From positions 3,256,016 to 3,320,015 of the forward strand of contig JBNZDD010013664.1 in assembly GCA_050575255.1 (NCBI GenBank): 64,000 nt of DNA, written 5' to 3'. A model generated the notes under the pieces. That model saw only the letters and a program-made list of their open reading frames with translations. It had not been told where the DNA came from and did no database searches. Below, piece after piece: positions 47,470 to 62,250 of this stretch (the stretch's first letter is position 1; each line of letters starts with the position of its first letter). Source of the stretch: Harriotta raleighana (lineage: Eukaryota). A program made the position numbers and the translations under genes.

Positions 47470-47900
47470 CACAGATTCACACTCCACCTCAGCAAGCCCC
47501 TCAGAAACCTGGGCATCTTGGTCAACCCTCAACTGTCCTTTCTCCCCCACATCTGTGCCATGACCAGCTCTGCCATCCACCACCTTCGCAACATTGCCCG
47601 TCTCCGCTACTGCCTCGCTCCTCAGGCCACTGAAACTCTCATATGTGTATTTGTCAACTCAAGGCTCGACTATGGAAAGTCCCTCCTTGTCGACCTCCCC
47701 AACTCTTCTCTTCACAAGCTGCAGATCATCCAAAACTCAGCTCATAGTTTCCTCTCTCACCGACCAGGCTCCGTGATTCCATCACGCTCACCCTCGCCCA
47801 ACTTTAGTTCAACTGTGGTCCTGACCCTGACTGTTCAGTGCCTTGGGCCATCCTCCCGACGTGAAAGTCGCTCTCCAATGCAATTTTGCTGTTGTTCTTG
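47470..47900 (+). mobile_element. L2-clade LINE 3' fragment
   Basis: HHLRNIARLR...SRLDYGKSLLVDLP...LQIIQNSA; similar fragments at 45710-46160 and 50990-51295. Confidence 0.8.
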
Positions 47901-48067
47901 TTGTGCAACCCCTCCATAGTCCATTGCCTGAGCTGCCATCCTTCGAGTGTGTGCATATGTATATGTATGGGTGTGTGGTTAAGCATGTGTGGGTGTGCTT
48001 GCTCGTGCAAGCTGTTTGTCAGAGACAAGGACACAGAGCACAGACAAGCGATCTCTCTCTAACATAC

Positions 48068-48226
48068 CATTGGTTCACTTGAGTTTTTCTGGAATGTGAC
48101 CAGTCGGACCTTCTTCACGCTCTGCGCCTCGTGCTCTTTACTGTTGCCATTCATGTATGGGGATGAGTTGGTGCTGCCGTTACTGTAGACCTCTTGGGCC
48201 ATGCCGTCATGGGTGGGTGTGAAACC
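48068..48226 (-). CDS. MPP1: MPP1 exon 2 (GFTPTHDGMAQEVYSNGS...VKKVRLVTFQKNSSEPM)
   Basis: AG/GT; start of PDZ. Confidence 0.93.
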
Positions 48227-48339
48227 CTGGGAACACAGGAGAGGTTAGGATGGGCTTTGCACTGAGCCACTCAGATAGACACTGCCTAATTTCAGGGTGA
48301 TAAAGGGAACACAGAACAGGAAACGTTCCACACACACAT

Positions 48340-48730
48340 AATAATAATAATAATAATCCTTGCATTTGATATAGTGCTTTTCACATTTTATCGACTTCTC
48401 AAAGTGCTTCACAGAATATACTGTAAAATGAATCGACTGTATACTTGTTGGCGAAAAGAGGCAGCCAATTGCGCACAGCAGTGTCCCCACAAACAGTCAT
48501 GGATTGAAATGACCAATTTATTATTGTTGGTTATTTTTGGAGGATTATTATCAGGCTTGTGGAGTAAGGAAACTTGCCCAAGGTTTCACCCTGATCTGCC
48601 TCGATTCGAACACAGCTATCACGTTAAGCGCTCTGAGATGCCAACCGGCATGGAGGGCGCTATATAAATCAAAGTTGTTGGTGTTGTTGTTGTAAGTCGA
48701 GTGCTGTAACCACTGAGCTACAGGAGCTTC
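48340..48730 (-). mobile_element. SINE, same family, head interrupted by a short insertion
   Basis: reverse-complement match; about 75-nt insert near 48620-48695. Confidence 0.8.
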
Positions 48731-49035
48731 ACATAGTCTCTGCCTTGAATATAATAATCTTCGCATTTCATATAGCATCTCATCATGTCAATGAGATGTC
48801 TCAAAGTGCTTCATAGAGTCTACAGTAAAGTACATTTGACTGTATTTTGTGGTTATTTTGTGCAGCCAGTTTGCACACAACAGTGTCCGACACAGTGGGG
48901 AAGTGAATGACTAAAAGCTCTGAGATCTTGTTGGTGATTATGCCCGGGGCAGGCAAATTTTCAAGGCTGTCATTTGATATTAGTGCACACACAGTGACTT
49001 CACAGGAAATGGCCAATGAGAAATCCATGTGAAGT

Positions 49036-49262
49036 CAGCAATGAACAGAAGTCACTAGGAACACCCAGCAGCATCTATGGAGAGAGGAAAGTGAATCAAC
49101 ATTTTGGGGTCCACTACCCTGTGTCAGAAGTTCGGCCAGTTCCGACAACAGATCCGGAACCCGAAATGTTGACTCACTTTCCTCTCTCCATAGATGCTGC
49201 CTGACCCGCTGCGTGTTTCCAGCGACTTCTATTTTTGTTTCAGATTTCCAGTGTCTGCAGTA
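49036..49262. mobile_element. inverted pair of Penelope-like terminal repeats
   Basis: AATGTTGA(T/C)TCACTTTCCTCTCTCCATAGATGCTGC on both strands, diverging from about 49135. Confidence 0.7.
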
Positions 49263-52200
49263 CAGTATTTTGTGTTTCAAAGTAAGCATGGCTGACGACA
49301 GGAACTCCATCCCACAGTCCCTCTGCCTCACTCCCTCCCTTGCCTCCTTCAAGACCCGACTCCTCTTTGATCGTGCCTTCCATCACCCTCTTCCCCCCCA
49401 CTTCCCTCCCCCTCCACCCTCACTGATCCCAAACCCCAACTCAGGTCTGAAACACTGATTGTCCTCTTGACATGAAAGCCGCTGTACAAATATATTTTGT
49501 TGCTGTTGTTACTGTGATTGGTCGAGTGAGCAGGGTTAAGGTGTTCAGACCAGGGCTAAACTCCCTATATATAAAGTGAGCATCAGTCTGAAGTTGACTC
49601 CCTCCCCTCTGGGAGATCAGAGACCAGATCAAGGCATTTAAGAGGATGGAAAGATTTGATAAGGTGGAAAGTAGATCAGCTGTTTCCACTTGTTGGCAGA
49701 TCAGATAGGGAGTTATGGAGGAACTTTTTTTTACACACACACAGAGCGGATGAAAATGTGCAAGTCAATACCGGAAACAGTGGTTGACGCAGAAAGCATT
49801 GACTTATTTAAGAGAAAATAATAATAACCCTTGATTTTGATATAGCACCTCAACACATCGTCGAGATGTCCCAAAGTGCTCTCCTATACCCTCTATTCCC
49901 TTCTAGGATATATTGTAAAGTCACTGTGTATCGTTTGGATGAAACGCAGCAGCTGGTTTGTTCACAGCAATGTAACACGTATGTACAGCCTTGGACTGAG
50001 TGACAAGTTTTATTTGAGGGGTTTGTTGGCCAGGATACCGGGAGACAGAATCTCTCTTTTCTTTATGAATAGTTTCATGGGATCTTTAACGTCCACCTGA
50101 ACAGGCAGACACAAGGCCTTGGTTTATTCGCCTCATACAAACGACAGCACCTACAACCATGCAACACACCCCCAGCACTGCCTTGGAGCATCATCTCAGA
50201 CTGTGTGAGTTTAAGTCCTGCTTGGGACTTGAACCCACGACCCTCTGATTCAGAGGCAAGATCGCTGCCAACTGAGCCAGGCTGACACGAGGGGTTAATC
50301 ATTGATACTGCTTGTTCGGGTAGACGCTGAGAATCTCACAATGACACAGTGAGCCGGAGCACATATCAGGCTTGCGTGTTTCACCCAGTGCCCAGGGCTG
50401 AGCGCAGGCTGATGCAGAATGGTTTTGATGCATTGCAGTATTTTAGCAGTTGCCAGCTCAGGGTTTATGAGTTCAGGAGAGAGAGGGGGCTGGGGATGGG
50501 GGTGGGAGCTAAAAAAAAACAACCATGTGATAAAATGTTAATCAAAGCCAGCCAGGCTCCACTGAATCCAAGCGAGATTAACGATTCCACTTTTAATCAG
50601 ATTAAATGTGTGGTTTGTACAGTGGAGTGCTGTGTCAGGGAGGATAAGGAGCTGCTCGGAAATACTGTGTAAAGCACCTTCGCAGTCTCTCTCTCTCTCC
50701 AAGGAAACAGCTGCTTTTACACAACGGCTGAAGGTACTTTAAAGGTTTTGTGATAGTTAATAAGAAGCAGGCGGCAGCAGACGTTGCTGCTGAGACACAG
50801 GAAGAGCAGCTTCACCACTGTGTGATTTGAATTGGATCCGAACAATTTAAATATGTTCCAGCTTCTCCTCGCACCTCCTGGAAACGTCCAGCAAATCACA
50901 CACTGTCACTGAGTATTAATCACTCACTGAGTACTGATCACACAATGAGTATTATTCACACAATGAGTATTAATCAATCAAGCTCTGCGACTACATCACT
51001 CCCACCCTCACCCGGCTCCTCATCCCCCAGAGGATCGAATTCAAGATCCTTGTTTTCACTTTCCAAGGCCATTCACGGCCTTGCCCCCTCATATCTCTCT
51101 GACCTGCTGTGCCCCTATGAACCTCCCCGCCCCCTCCATTCAGCGGGTTTGCGGTCTGCTCCATGTCCCCTACCCGACCTGCCCTACCATCGGCAGACGG
51201 ACTTTCAGCCTCTCTGCCTCCATACTCTGGAATTCTATCCCACAGTTCCTTTGCCTCGCACTCTCCCTCGCCTCCTTCAAGGCCAGTCTCAAGTGGGTCT
51301 GGCTCACAGTTGACCTGATGCCAGTAACTGGATGCTTGTTTCTGTCTGACCACCCGTCTCCCTCCACCTCCTCTTCTGGGTGGTCAGTCCCAGTGCAGTG
51401 GGTGGACACACACAATGGTCAAGAGCATGTCTAAGGGTGCGGGATCAATCAATCAATCAATAATTATATTTATATAGCGCCTTTCACGTTGGGAGGATGT
51501 CCCAAGGCGCTGAACAGTCAAGTAGGGATCAGAGCAGGGGGGCAGAGGGAGGAAAGTAGGAAAATTGTCTGTATAATTGTGAGCAAAACATTTGTGGGGA
51601 TGGGGGGAGGAGGAGGGATGGGAGAAGCAAACCCATCCAACACACTCCCACCCACCCACAGGCTCGGAGGATGTGAGAGTGATGAAGTTCGTTGCAGGGA
51701 ATGTTATTGAGCTGAAGCAGTGTTGAGTACACATCCAGTTGCTGACTCCACATTAAGGCCCACTTATCTCCTGGCTGTAAATACCTCAGTCGCTGCTGAC
51801 TACAAGTTTAAGCTGGCCAGCAATTAGGAAGGCACTTCATACGAGTACAAAGTTCGGTGTGCTGAGCCTAATATAATGATTGTAAGACTGAGGGTCAGCT
51901 CATTTAGTCTCCAGATAGCAAAGTTTAGCCATGAATGTATTTGCTCGTACTGTGACCTGGCATTTCATGATACACGTCAGATTGGGTGGCAGAGTACAAA
52001 GTGTGGGAGATCCAAAAATTCCTCTCAGCCTCAGGACATTTAAAATGTCTTCACATTTAAGACTGTGCATAGATTTTGTAATAAGTCTGAAATTCACTTT
52101 AGCCCCCTGTTTCACCATCAGCGGCCCCCCAAACTTTGGCACTCTCTCCCTCAATCCTTCCACCTTTCCCCCTTCTTCCCCTCTTTTAGATCACAGCTTG

Positions 52201-55200
52201 ATAACCTTCCTCTCCAATCTGTTAGGCTCCTTGGGACGTCCTCCCAACATGAAAGGTGTTCTAAAAATGTAATTATTGTTGTGCTTCTTACAGTCACCTC
52301 CTCCCTCCCTCCCTCTCTCTCCTTGGCTCGATTACTATTAAGCGATCTGAGACACTTATTGTTGTTTCAATTTAGACATTGGCTTTCCATTGCATCCATA
52401 AAAAGAATTACGAAAACCGGCTTCCAAACTCAAGGCCGGTTTGCAACTTTATCCACAATTATCACAAATGTTAAGGCTTAAGGTTATGACCATGAGATTT
52501 ATCATGCCTCTGAATGTCTGAATTCACTGAGAGACTGAGATCTGGAGTGACGCACTGAGGTCTAGGTCAACGAAAGGTCTGCCTTCACATGTTTCCTGTT
52601 AAAAGGTTTCCCTTACGTCACATCCTTCCTAATGATGTACCCAAGCATCAGAACAAGAGAGCACAGGTTCAGGGTAGAAAAAAGGCAGGTTCAAGCAGAC
52701 ACCTGGATAGTTGATTTGCTGATCGCTTTCCAGAGGTAATAATTCCTCACCCAGCCCCATCCCCCAAAAAAAACTGGGTCACTCAATCCACGACTGTGTT
52801 TGAGACCTGATGTGCGCAATTAATTGCCCACAAAACACACAGTCAATCTAATTTTATAGTACTGTATTATCACTTTTGAAACATCTCAACAACGTGATCA
52901 AATACAATATCAAAATGCGAGGATCAGTATTATACGATTAGCCAGCGGGTAATTCATGACTTTAACAGGTTACACAGGGAGGGTGATTGAGTCCAGGATC
53001 AATTTGACCAAAGGGCCACCTTCATCCAAATCAAACTTGTGCAGCTGACAAGGTTGGGGGTTGAGAAATGTGTGAGATTTGTGTTGAATCTTCACTTTCC
53101 TCAGGTCGCTTCAGTGATCAATTTTCCACTTTCGGCAATCTACCTTATCGCAAATGGAAAGATTCGCTCCACTGGGCAAGCACAGAAATAACCCTCGAGT
53201 CAGCTCCCACATTTCTCAAAGCAAATCAATAAAAGACTTCATTTACAATCCAAATAATACATATGGGATGAGATTTTGCTTTTTTTTAATTCTTAGAAGT
53301 AACAAAAATAGCATAAATGTGATTTATGGCACATTTACGCTACTTTGGTTACTTGTAAGAATATTTGGGTGATCTCTTAAGCTGTGGGGAACTCAAGTCT
53401 TTTATAAAGAGCTGGTCCAAATGTGGACTTAAAGGAACATAAACATTTGTCAGGCTAAAGAAAACCAAGGTCAATCTAGTTCAGCCTCCACCATCCTGGC
53501 AGCCACTTGACATGTTGTAGCTCAAACTATCTACTGTACCCCAAAATATTATTTTCTAGCAGAAATCCATTCTATTTGTTCTTGTCCTTGGAACATCGGA
53601 ACAGGAGTAAGCTATTCAGCCCCTCCAGCCTGTTCTGTAATTCTAGAAGATCATGGCTGATCCATGTATAATGAGATAGTGTAAACAGGCTGCTGTTAGG
53701 TATTCAGCTTCTATTTGTAGTGTTAAATGAATGCATGACTTCACTGACTGATCAGTTCATTGCAATCCTGCTGTTCTGGCCTGGATTTGAATCTGTTCAC
53801 GAACACAGAGGCAGGTAGCCAGGCAGAGGCCGGGAGATCTGTCCACTGACCATTTACAGGCAGTGGCTGAACAAAGATCAGCTGACTGATACACAGACAA
53901 AGGCTGATGTGAAGGTAATAATAATCCTTGCATTTGATATAGCGCTTTTCGCATCTTCTACACATCTCAAAAGCACTTCACAGAAAATACTGGAAAGTGA
54001 ATTACTGTATGATGCAGGCTCTGCCCTGACTCATGAAACCCCCCACNCATCTCAAAAGCACTTCACAGAAAATACTGGAAAGTGAATTACTGTATGATGC
54101 AGGCTCTGCCCTGACTCATGAANCCCCCCACCGCCTGTCACATCATTGGCCGGTGCTTCAACAACTCTGCCCCCATCTTCTGGAACTTCAGCTCGCAGTC
54201 CCTCTACCTCACCTGATCACTCCTTCAAGACCCACCTCAGGGCCCTTTGACCGTGCTTTCAATCAATCTCTTTCACCCTCATCAATCCCTACACCCAGCT
54301 CGAGTCCGAAATACTGTCTGTCCAGCGCCTTGGGACGTCTTCCCGATGTGAAAGGCACTCTAAAAATGTTGTGTGGTATATTTCTGGGCGAAACATGGCA
54401 GCCAATTATGTACATTAGTGTCCCAATTTAATGGTCGTGGATTGAAGAGACCAATTTATTATTCTTTTGTTTCTTGAGGGATAATTATCAGGTGTATGGA
54501 ATAAGGAATACTTACCCAAGGTTTCACCCTGGCCGGGAATCAAACTCGGGTCTCTCGCTTGTAAGGCGAGTGCTCTAACCACTAAGCTACAGGACTCCAC
54601 TTGCTTTTACGTACTTGTCTGTAGATACTTTCTAACACTAGCAATCCCATTGTAAACACACTCCAAAAAGTTCACAAATGTTAAGCTCAATGGGTAATAA
54701 ATCAGGCAGATCAACTTGCATCCAACACGTAGATGAAGGGACACTAGGTGGTGGGGTGTTAAGGTAAGCAGGGTCTGCTTGGAACTGAATTGGCTCCAAT
54801 GTGACATAATTGGCAACTCAAGCCTCTGTAGTCATCTCCAGTCTGATTCCTGAGCCGGGCAGGTCTGAGGTATTCCAGGGTCATCTGGGCTTGAAGGGCT
54901 GCGATTATTCCCACTAAGCTCCTTCTGCAACCCGAAGCTCTAACAAATAGGGTGGACAAGTCTGCCAGGCAAGACAATGTATGGTTTTAGCTCGTTGAAC
55001 TCCAGCAGTTAGCCCAACGCACATTCTGGGGTGCCCAAACCTTGGCTCTTGCCAACCTAGATTAGTCAAGTAAGGTGTCTCCCTCCAGGGAAAAAGAGCG
55101 CAGTCCATTGTAGACACAGGAAGATTGCCATGTGTAGGAGGCATACATTTGTGGAACTATTTCAGCTGTTACCCTGAAGCACAGTGATGGGTTTCCTCGA

Positions 55201-58200
55201 GTGCCAGACACCAGTCTGACCAAGTACAGCCTTGCACCTCAGCCCAGTTCTAAAGTCGCAATATGGGATCTGCTACTGTGAAGCGCTCTGAGACGCTGTC
55301 AGGTTTGGAGGGCGCTATATAAATCAAAGTTGTTGTTGTTGAACTCACAACCTTCTGACCCAAAGGCAAGAATGAATGCTACCACCTAGCACAGCTGTCC
55401 TGTGTGTCCAGTACACAAGCCAGCATTCACATGTAATAAGCATCTGTGTACACGATATCACATTTAATACAGTCCCTTGTTCATCACAAGTGAAAGATCA
55501 CGTGGTCACATAGATCTTCAGACAAATTGCCACAAGAAGACATAATGTTCCAGTGGGCATTTACTGCACACAGGAGAGTAAATGAAAATGGTTTGTGAGT
55601 CATACCTAGCAAACCTGGTTAGCTAGTCATTAAATCAAATTAGGTAGTTACAAACAATTTGTCTGAAAATGTTAAAGCCCAGGGCATACATATCCATATA
55701 TATACTGTCATATACATAAACATATCCATACACAAGACACTGCTGTGCGCAATTGGCTGCGGCATTTCACCACAAATACAGTCAATCCACTTTATAATAT
55801 GTTCTGCAAAGCGCTTTGAAGAAGACGTGATAAGGCGCTATATCAAATACAAGGCTTGTATTATTATTATCACACCAGCATAACAACTGAGTAGAGCGAC
55901 TCACACACACTCCAGCATGGTGTAATGGCTGCCTTCCTCTCACACCCTGGACCACAGCTCCTGCAAGATCCAAACACCTGCCAACACTCAACATCAAGGC
56001 ATGTGGGGAGCACTTGGCAGAAGGACTTTGCTCACATGCAATCATTAACAGTCTGGCTTATTAGTTAGAGTTGGAGGAGCTGACAAGTTAATGAAAAGGA
56101 TGGGAATTTTTTTGACTGGGCTCTTGTTAATACAGTACTGCAAGCCAAAGCCCCACCTGCTAGCTAGCCAACCTTGTCGGGTTCCCTTGGCAACCTGAAT
56201 CCCAAGCCATCACCAGCAGTTATCTATTGGCAAGTACACAATGTGAGCACTCGCCTCGCAAGCGAGAAACCTGGGTTTGATTACAGAGGCAGGGAAACTT
56301 GAGCAAGTTTCTTTACCCCACACGCTTGATAATAAACCCTCAAGAAAAAAAACAATAATAAATTGGTCACTTCAATCCATGACTGTTTGTGGGACACTGC
56401 TGTGCGCAATCGACTGCCGTGTTTCGCCCACAAATATACAGTCAATTCACTTTACAGTGTATGCTGTGAAGCGCTTTGAGACATCTAGAAGATGTGAAAA
56501 GCGCTATATCAAATATAAGGACGTATACAAGTTATTGGTCGACCTATATCAGAATTGGTGGACCACAAACCGCCAAGTGAACATGCTATCTTTCCTCCAC
56601 AAAACCACTGACATGGGAATATGCAATGGTTTCACAAGGGTGCAATAAATCTTGTAAATTGTGTTGCCTTGTTAATCTCTGTGCAATTTGCAGCTGCGTA
56701 CCTGCGATAGCACCCAATAAACTGCTTGTTTTATAAGCACCAGTGGAAAAATAAATCCAGGTACAGTACAGTATCCAGGATAAAATAAGGCCTGGAATCT
56801 TGGCAGAGCAATCACAGGGCAAGCAAAGTAGAAACTATATCTGACTTTACCTTGGTTCCTGTCTTATAACAACTGGGACATACAGGCAACAGTTCATAGA
56901 ATCATAGAATGTTATACCATTTGTGTCTGTGCTGGCTGTATTTAACACACTGCTCTTCCACCTTTCTCCATTCTACCCACCCTGGCCCCACCACTCTTAC
57001 ACCTTTTCCCCACTCTCCCCACCCTTCGCCACTCTTTCCATTGTTCCTCACACTCACTGCTGTTTCCCTCGCTCTCCCCCAGCCTTTTTCCCACTCCTAC
57101 AACCTCTTTCCGACTCTCCCCACCCTTTCTCCACTCTTCACATCGATCCCCACTCTCACATCTTTCTCCCACCAGTCAGCTCTGCCAGTTAGCATATATC
57201 TAAGATAGCCACACAACCGTTTTCAGCCCACAATGTCTGTAAGATGTTATACCCTTGTAGTTATCAACAACCCTTGCCTTTGATACCACCCCTTATCATT
57301 TCAGTGCTTCACATTTGTAGATAAACATGGCAGATAATTTACATTTGAGGGGCTAGGTGTCAGTGTGATTCAGCATCTTCAGGAGAGGAGGTGAAATGAA
57401 TATTTATATTGTACCTTTCCACATTGAGAGGGTGTCCCAAGCCTCATTATAACATGGCTGTGTAGGTGTAGATCTAGGACCTCATAACCCGTGCTGTAAA
57501 TGAAACAAAATGGCTGACTTCCAGGCTGCCGATCACCAATGATGTCACTTCCTTTCCACGCTTGGCAGACATAGAGAGTGCGCAGGAAGTGACATCAGTC
57601 CATAGTGCAAGAAGGTGTCCATTGCTTACCGGGGGAAGCTTTCTCATTAGGAATGTTAATAGTAGTGGCTGGGATAGCTCAGTCAAAGAGATAGGGCTTG
57701 AGAGGTCCTTGAATGGGAGGCGAGAAGGAGCGAGTCAGAGGAGGAGTGCATATGGGGTGGTGAATGTACATTGCTTCTTATGAATATTGGATCTCCACCT
57801 TCTCTGAACGCAGGACTCAATCCCACACACATGCATCTGAAGATAATCTTCAAGATTTTCAATTCTGTTGTCATATAATGGATCACCCTAATCTGGATCA
57901 GCGACTTACTCTGCTCAGGATACTTTGATCTAGAACACAGCATAACACACACACTACACAGAGTACATGTGAAGGCAGACCCTGAACTAGAACAGCGCTT
58001 TACACCTCAACACAAGGTTAATCTAGAGCTGTCACTGTGCTCTGTAACATCTCATTGTGTCAGCCGAGATCGTGGTATGAGGAACAACCCCGTGGCTGAA
58101 ACATAACAAGCTTCAGTATCTAGAGTTAAGTATCTGAGGAACCTGTGAACAGCTAGAGATCTGTAAACAGCCGTGACCTTTGATCTGCAGCTCTCCAGTG

Positions 58201-58342
58201 CTTAATGATGCAACATGGAGCCTGTTCAGAGCAACATGCGACCATGATACCTTTCTGTATAATGCTCTATTTATAGATGTTTTGCAGGTCTGAGAATGTG
58301 AACCCATTGTGGGCCCTCACACTGTGAAGCTCTGACACTGTA

Positions 58343-58672
58343 ATAATAATAATCATAATAATAATCCTTGCATTTGATGTAGCACTTTTCACATCTTATC
58401 AACGTCTCAAAGCGTTTCACAGAATATACTGCAAAGTGAATGGACTGAATACTTGTGGACAAAACGTGGCAGTCAATTGCGCACAGCAGTGTCCCCACAA
58501 ACAGTCGTGGATTGAAAATGACCAATTTTTATTATTGTGATTTTTTTTGGAGGGATTATTATTAGGCGTGTGTGTGGAGTAAGGAAATTTGTAGAAGATT
58601 TCACCCTGATCTGCCTGGATTTGAACACAGGTCTCACGCTTGAAAGGTGAGTGCTCTAACCACTGAGCTACA
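58343..58672 (-). mobile_element. SINE, same family
   Basis: reverse-complement match including tRNA head. Confidence 0.85.
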
Positions 58673-61294
58673 TGTAGACAGCCCTGTGTGTGTGTGTGCC
58701 ACACAATAACTCCAAAAACATGAGTTACCCCAGCCTCCCCCGCATATACACACACATATCTACATACACACACGCCTCTCGGTGTGATAACCCCTCCAAA
58801 TGGAAGGACTCCCATCTGTTTGACACATGTGGAAATCAATCACTGTACTGAAGAACATCCAAACCAAACTCTGAATGTCATGCCTCCCACCTACACCATA
58901 AATCCCAGAGATGTGCTTGGGGACCACAGAGTGTGCGTTGGGGTAACTGCTGCAGTCTCACAAGTAACAACCACATCTCTTGCCATTGGTATGACTGTCT
59001 AGCGAGCTTTCTCGCTGCTTGTCCAGTGAGGACCAATCTATTTATTAGGGCTTTAGCTTGCAACAACAACAACCAAATTACATTTATAGAGCGCCTTGCA
59101 CTTCGGGAGGATGTCCCAAGGCACTGAACAGTCAGGACGGGACCCGAGCAAGGGAGAGGGGCAGGGTAGGGGAGAAGGGCAAGAGAGAGTTAGGAGGGTA
59201 GGGAGAGAGTTGGGAGGGCAGCAGAGGCATGGTTGAAGAGGAGGGTCTTGAGACCAGCCTTGAAGGAAGCAAGAGAGTTGAGTTGGAAGCGTCCCTGCCC
59301 CTAGTGACTGGTCTACAGGGTAGGGGATGGGTGGAAAGTGGGGATGGAATGGATGCGGAAACCCACAGCCGAGCCTGACCCTATCTGAACCAAAGCACTG
59401 TATATTCCTTCCAACAGGGGTCGCTGTCTAGCCATCAACCTGCAAATAATTTCCCCCCCGCCCCCATGAACCCCATCCAAGAGTGCAGGGCGAAACATCC
59501 CTTGTTGGGCGGCAAGGAATAAATAAAAAGAATGGCTTGATAAACTGTGCAAAAAGCAACTCTCAGTCACACTTTAGTCCAAGCAATCTGCACTTAATGC
59601 ACTTAAGTGTGGCGATATCTTTCATAGCATTTCACAGTGGATTGCTATCAAGTGCACTGGGACAGTTTATTCACTGGCAAGTGAAATCCATTGCGATAAC
59701 AAATACCGTGGCAATCTTCGCACGCGACGTAGCGCTGAGATCTGTTCCAAATGTTTCGAAAGCATTTGGAAAATTGCCGTCCAGTGCAGTGATTGCGCCC
59801 ACAAATGAACGCAAGCAAGTCTTACCGGACAATCTGTGAAGCGCTTTGAGAAGCGAATAAGACGCGATATCAAATGCAAGGATTATTATTGCCTTGTTAC
59901 TCAAGCGTGAGAGTGCCGCTGTTTGCTCCCTAACCCATCTGGTTATGATAAACCACTCGCTGACTCAATCACTGCTGGCACTGAGCAATGCGGGACACAG
60001 CTGTATGGGTTTTCTTGGAGAGGTTTTACAGAGACTCAGCGAAATCCGGAGATACATTATCGTGTGTTTCATGTTAGTAATAAAATGGGGAGTGGGGGGG
60101 GGAGGGAGGGAGGAAAGGAGAGAAGGGTGGGAGGGAGACGGGGGGTGGAAGGGAGAAGGGGAGAGGGGAGAGGCGAGAGGGGAAGGGAGAGGGGAGAGGA
60201 AAGGAGGAAGGAAGGGACAGGGGAAGGGGGAGGGGGAGGGAGGAGGAAAGGGGAGGCGGAGGGAGGGGGAGGAAAAGGGGGGAGATGGGGGGATTGAAGG
60301 AGATGGGGGAGAGAGGGAGGGGGGAGGAAGGGAGCTGGGTGAGGGGGAGGAAGGTAGCAGTGGTGGGGGAGGGAGAGGAGAGAGGGAGAGGGGGAAGGGA
60401 GGAGGAAGCAACCAAATGCACAACAGAAACTGAAACGCTTAAATTCACACCAATTTCAATCTACATCCAACAAAGAGGCTCAGGTTAAGTGTCCTCCGCA
60501 ATCCATCCTCAGATATGCTCTACGCTGATATTAGCCTTGACAGACAGCAGCTGAGCACAGTATATGCATTATAAATGATAGGCACTTAGCACAGGAGCAG
60601 TGAGGGCTGAATACAAGGGACCTAATACTGAGAATGATACATATTGGGACAGTCAGTGAGAGCCGATTGCAAGGTTCCCTGCCCTGGGAGTAACAGACCA
60701 CCCGCAAAGCATACAGTCAATTCAGTGAGTATATTCTGTGAAGCACTTTGAGACGCCTCGAAGACACGATAAGGCAATATATCAAATACAAGAATTATTA
60801 CTGTTGATACAGGGTTTAATAATAGTGATCCGCACAGCGTGGTACAGAGGGAGGACCTCTCCAGAGGGAGGACCTCTCCAGAGGATTCGGGTTAAGGTGC
60901 GGAGACCGGCTGTTCCGTGGATGACCCTGAAAGCAGGGTCTCTGCATTGACTGACCCAACAGTGACAGGATCTCACACAGCCAGTGACAAACACTCCCCC
61001 TGACAGTATCTTCAACAACAACAACAGCAACCACCAACAAATTACGTTTCAGCGTTGGGGAGGGCATCCCAACAAGACGCAGACCACTCAAGGGTGTGCT
61101 TCGGGGTGGGGGTTAGGATCAGGAGGGATGGAGGGCAGGAGGGGACGAGGGGAGGGAGGAGGGGAGGGAGGTTGGGGGTACACTGGGGGTGACGGACATT
61201 GACATTGAGTGAGGGAGCGATACTCAATAATAACTTGTGTTTATTTATACAGCGTCCTTCACTCGGGGCAGCAACTCCGAGCACTTAAACCCTG

Positions 61295-61755
61295 ACAGTC
61301 AGTGAGGGTCTGACACTGGGGGTGGCAGACACTGACATGGACCTTGGGAGTGACACACACACACACAGATACAGTTACAGTCAGTAAGGGATGAGGGAGG
61401 GAGGGACAGTCTGACACCTGGGGTGACAGACACTAACACAGACAGTGTGAGTGACACACACACACAGAAACAGCCAGTCAGTAAGGGATGAGGGAGGGAG
61501 GGACAGACACTGACACAGACAATGAGAGTGACACACACACACACACACACACAGTGACACAGCCAGTCAGTAAGGGGTGAGGGGAGGGAGGGACAGTCTG
61601 ACACTTGGGATGACAGATATTAACACAGATACTGGGAGTCACACACACACACACAGACACACACATCGAGAGTGATACACAGTCACTGAGAGGGTGAGAG
61701 GAAGGGACATTGAGACACACAGACAGTGATGGGGGTGGGGGAGAGAGAGAGAGAG
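61295..61755. repeat. degenerate tandem repeat with (CA)n at the 5' end of MPP1 intron 1
   Basis: recurring CAGTCAGTAAGGGATGAGGGAGGGAGGGACAG...GACACACAC units. Confidence 0.75.
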
Positions 61756-61766
61756 TCCCCTCTTAC

Positions 61767-61895
61767 CTCTGACTTCCCTTTGCTGAGCAGCAGTTGCTCC
61801 AGGTACAGGTCAGACAGGTGAGTCCTGCAGCTGTTCATGGTCTCAAAGGCAGCGAAGGGACCCAGAGATTCGCTCTTGTTGGACTTCAAGGTCAT
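61767..61895 (-). CDS. MPP1: MPP1 exon 1 (MTLKSNKSESLGPF...LSDLYLEQLLLSKGKSE)
   Basis: accATG start; donor GAG|GTAAGA; MPP1-type N-terminus. Confidence 0.9.
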
Positions 61896-62218
61896 GGTGA
61901 TCCCAGCACAGCCCAGCACAGAGAGAGGGAGGGAGAGAGAGAGAGAGGGGGAGGGAGAATCACAGCCCAGTGTCCCAGCTGCTGCTGCTGGTGGCTGTGG
62001 GATCAGCTGGAGGCTGGAGGTTGAGTGGGGAGGGAGTGGGGGGGTTGCTGTCAGGCTGGGGGGGAGTCAGGGAGAGAGGAGGATGAGGAACGAACCTTCA
62101 CTGTACACACAGGGTCTAAAGTGCAGCTCAGATGACAGATTGCGAGGTGTTTGATAGGCATAATAGGTCCCGGGTCACGCCTGGCCCATCCACAAGCCCC
62201 CCGTGGCTCAGACGCTGC

Positions 62219-62250
<32 letters not shown>

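Larger units (their letters stand above)
30842..61895 (-). other. MPP1: MPP1 gene span (p55 MAGUK; PDZ-SH3-HOOK-GuK), 12 coding exons, 483 aa
   Basis: 12 GT-AG exons totalling 1452 nt, frame-consistent; N-terminal MTLK...LSDLYLEQLL, no L27 domains, C-terminal [10 protein letters not shown]; convergent with DKC1 as in mammals. Confidence 0.96.

Noticed and set aside
50295-50900. Possible alternative first exon of MPP1 in intron 1
   Set aside because: The ATG frame ends in phase 1, incompatible with phase-0 exon 2; the other frame has no good start and there is no MAGUK or L27 similarity.
59894-60448. Long Gly/Glu- or Pro/Ser-rich ORFs (also 19103-19732 and 62490-63620)
   Set aside because: Products of purine/pyrimidine-rich low-complexity DNA that lacks stop codons; not genes.
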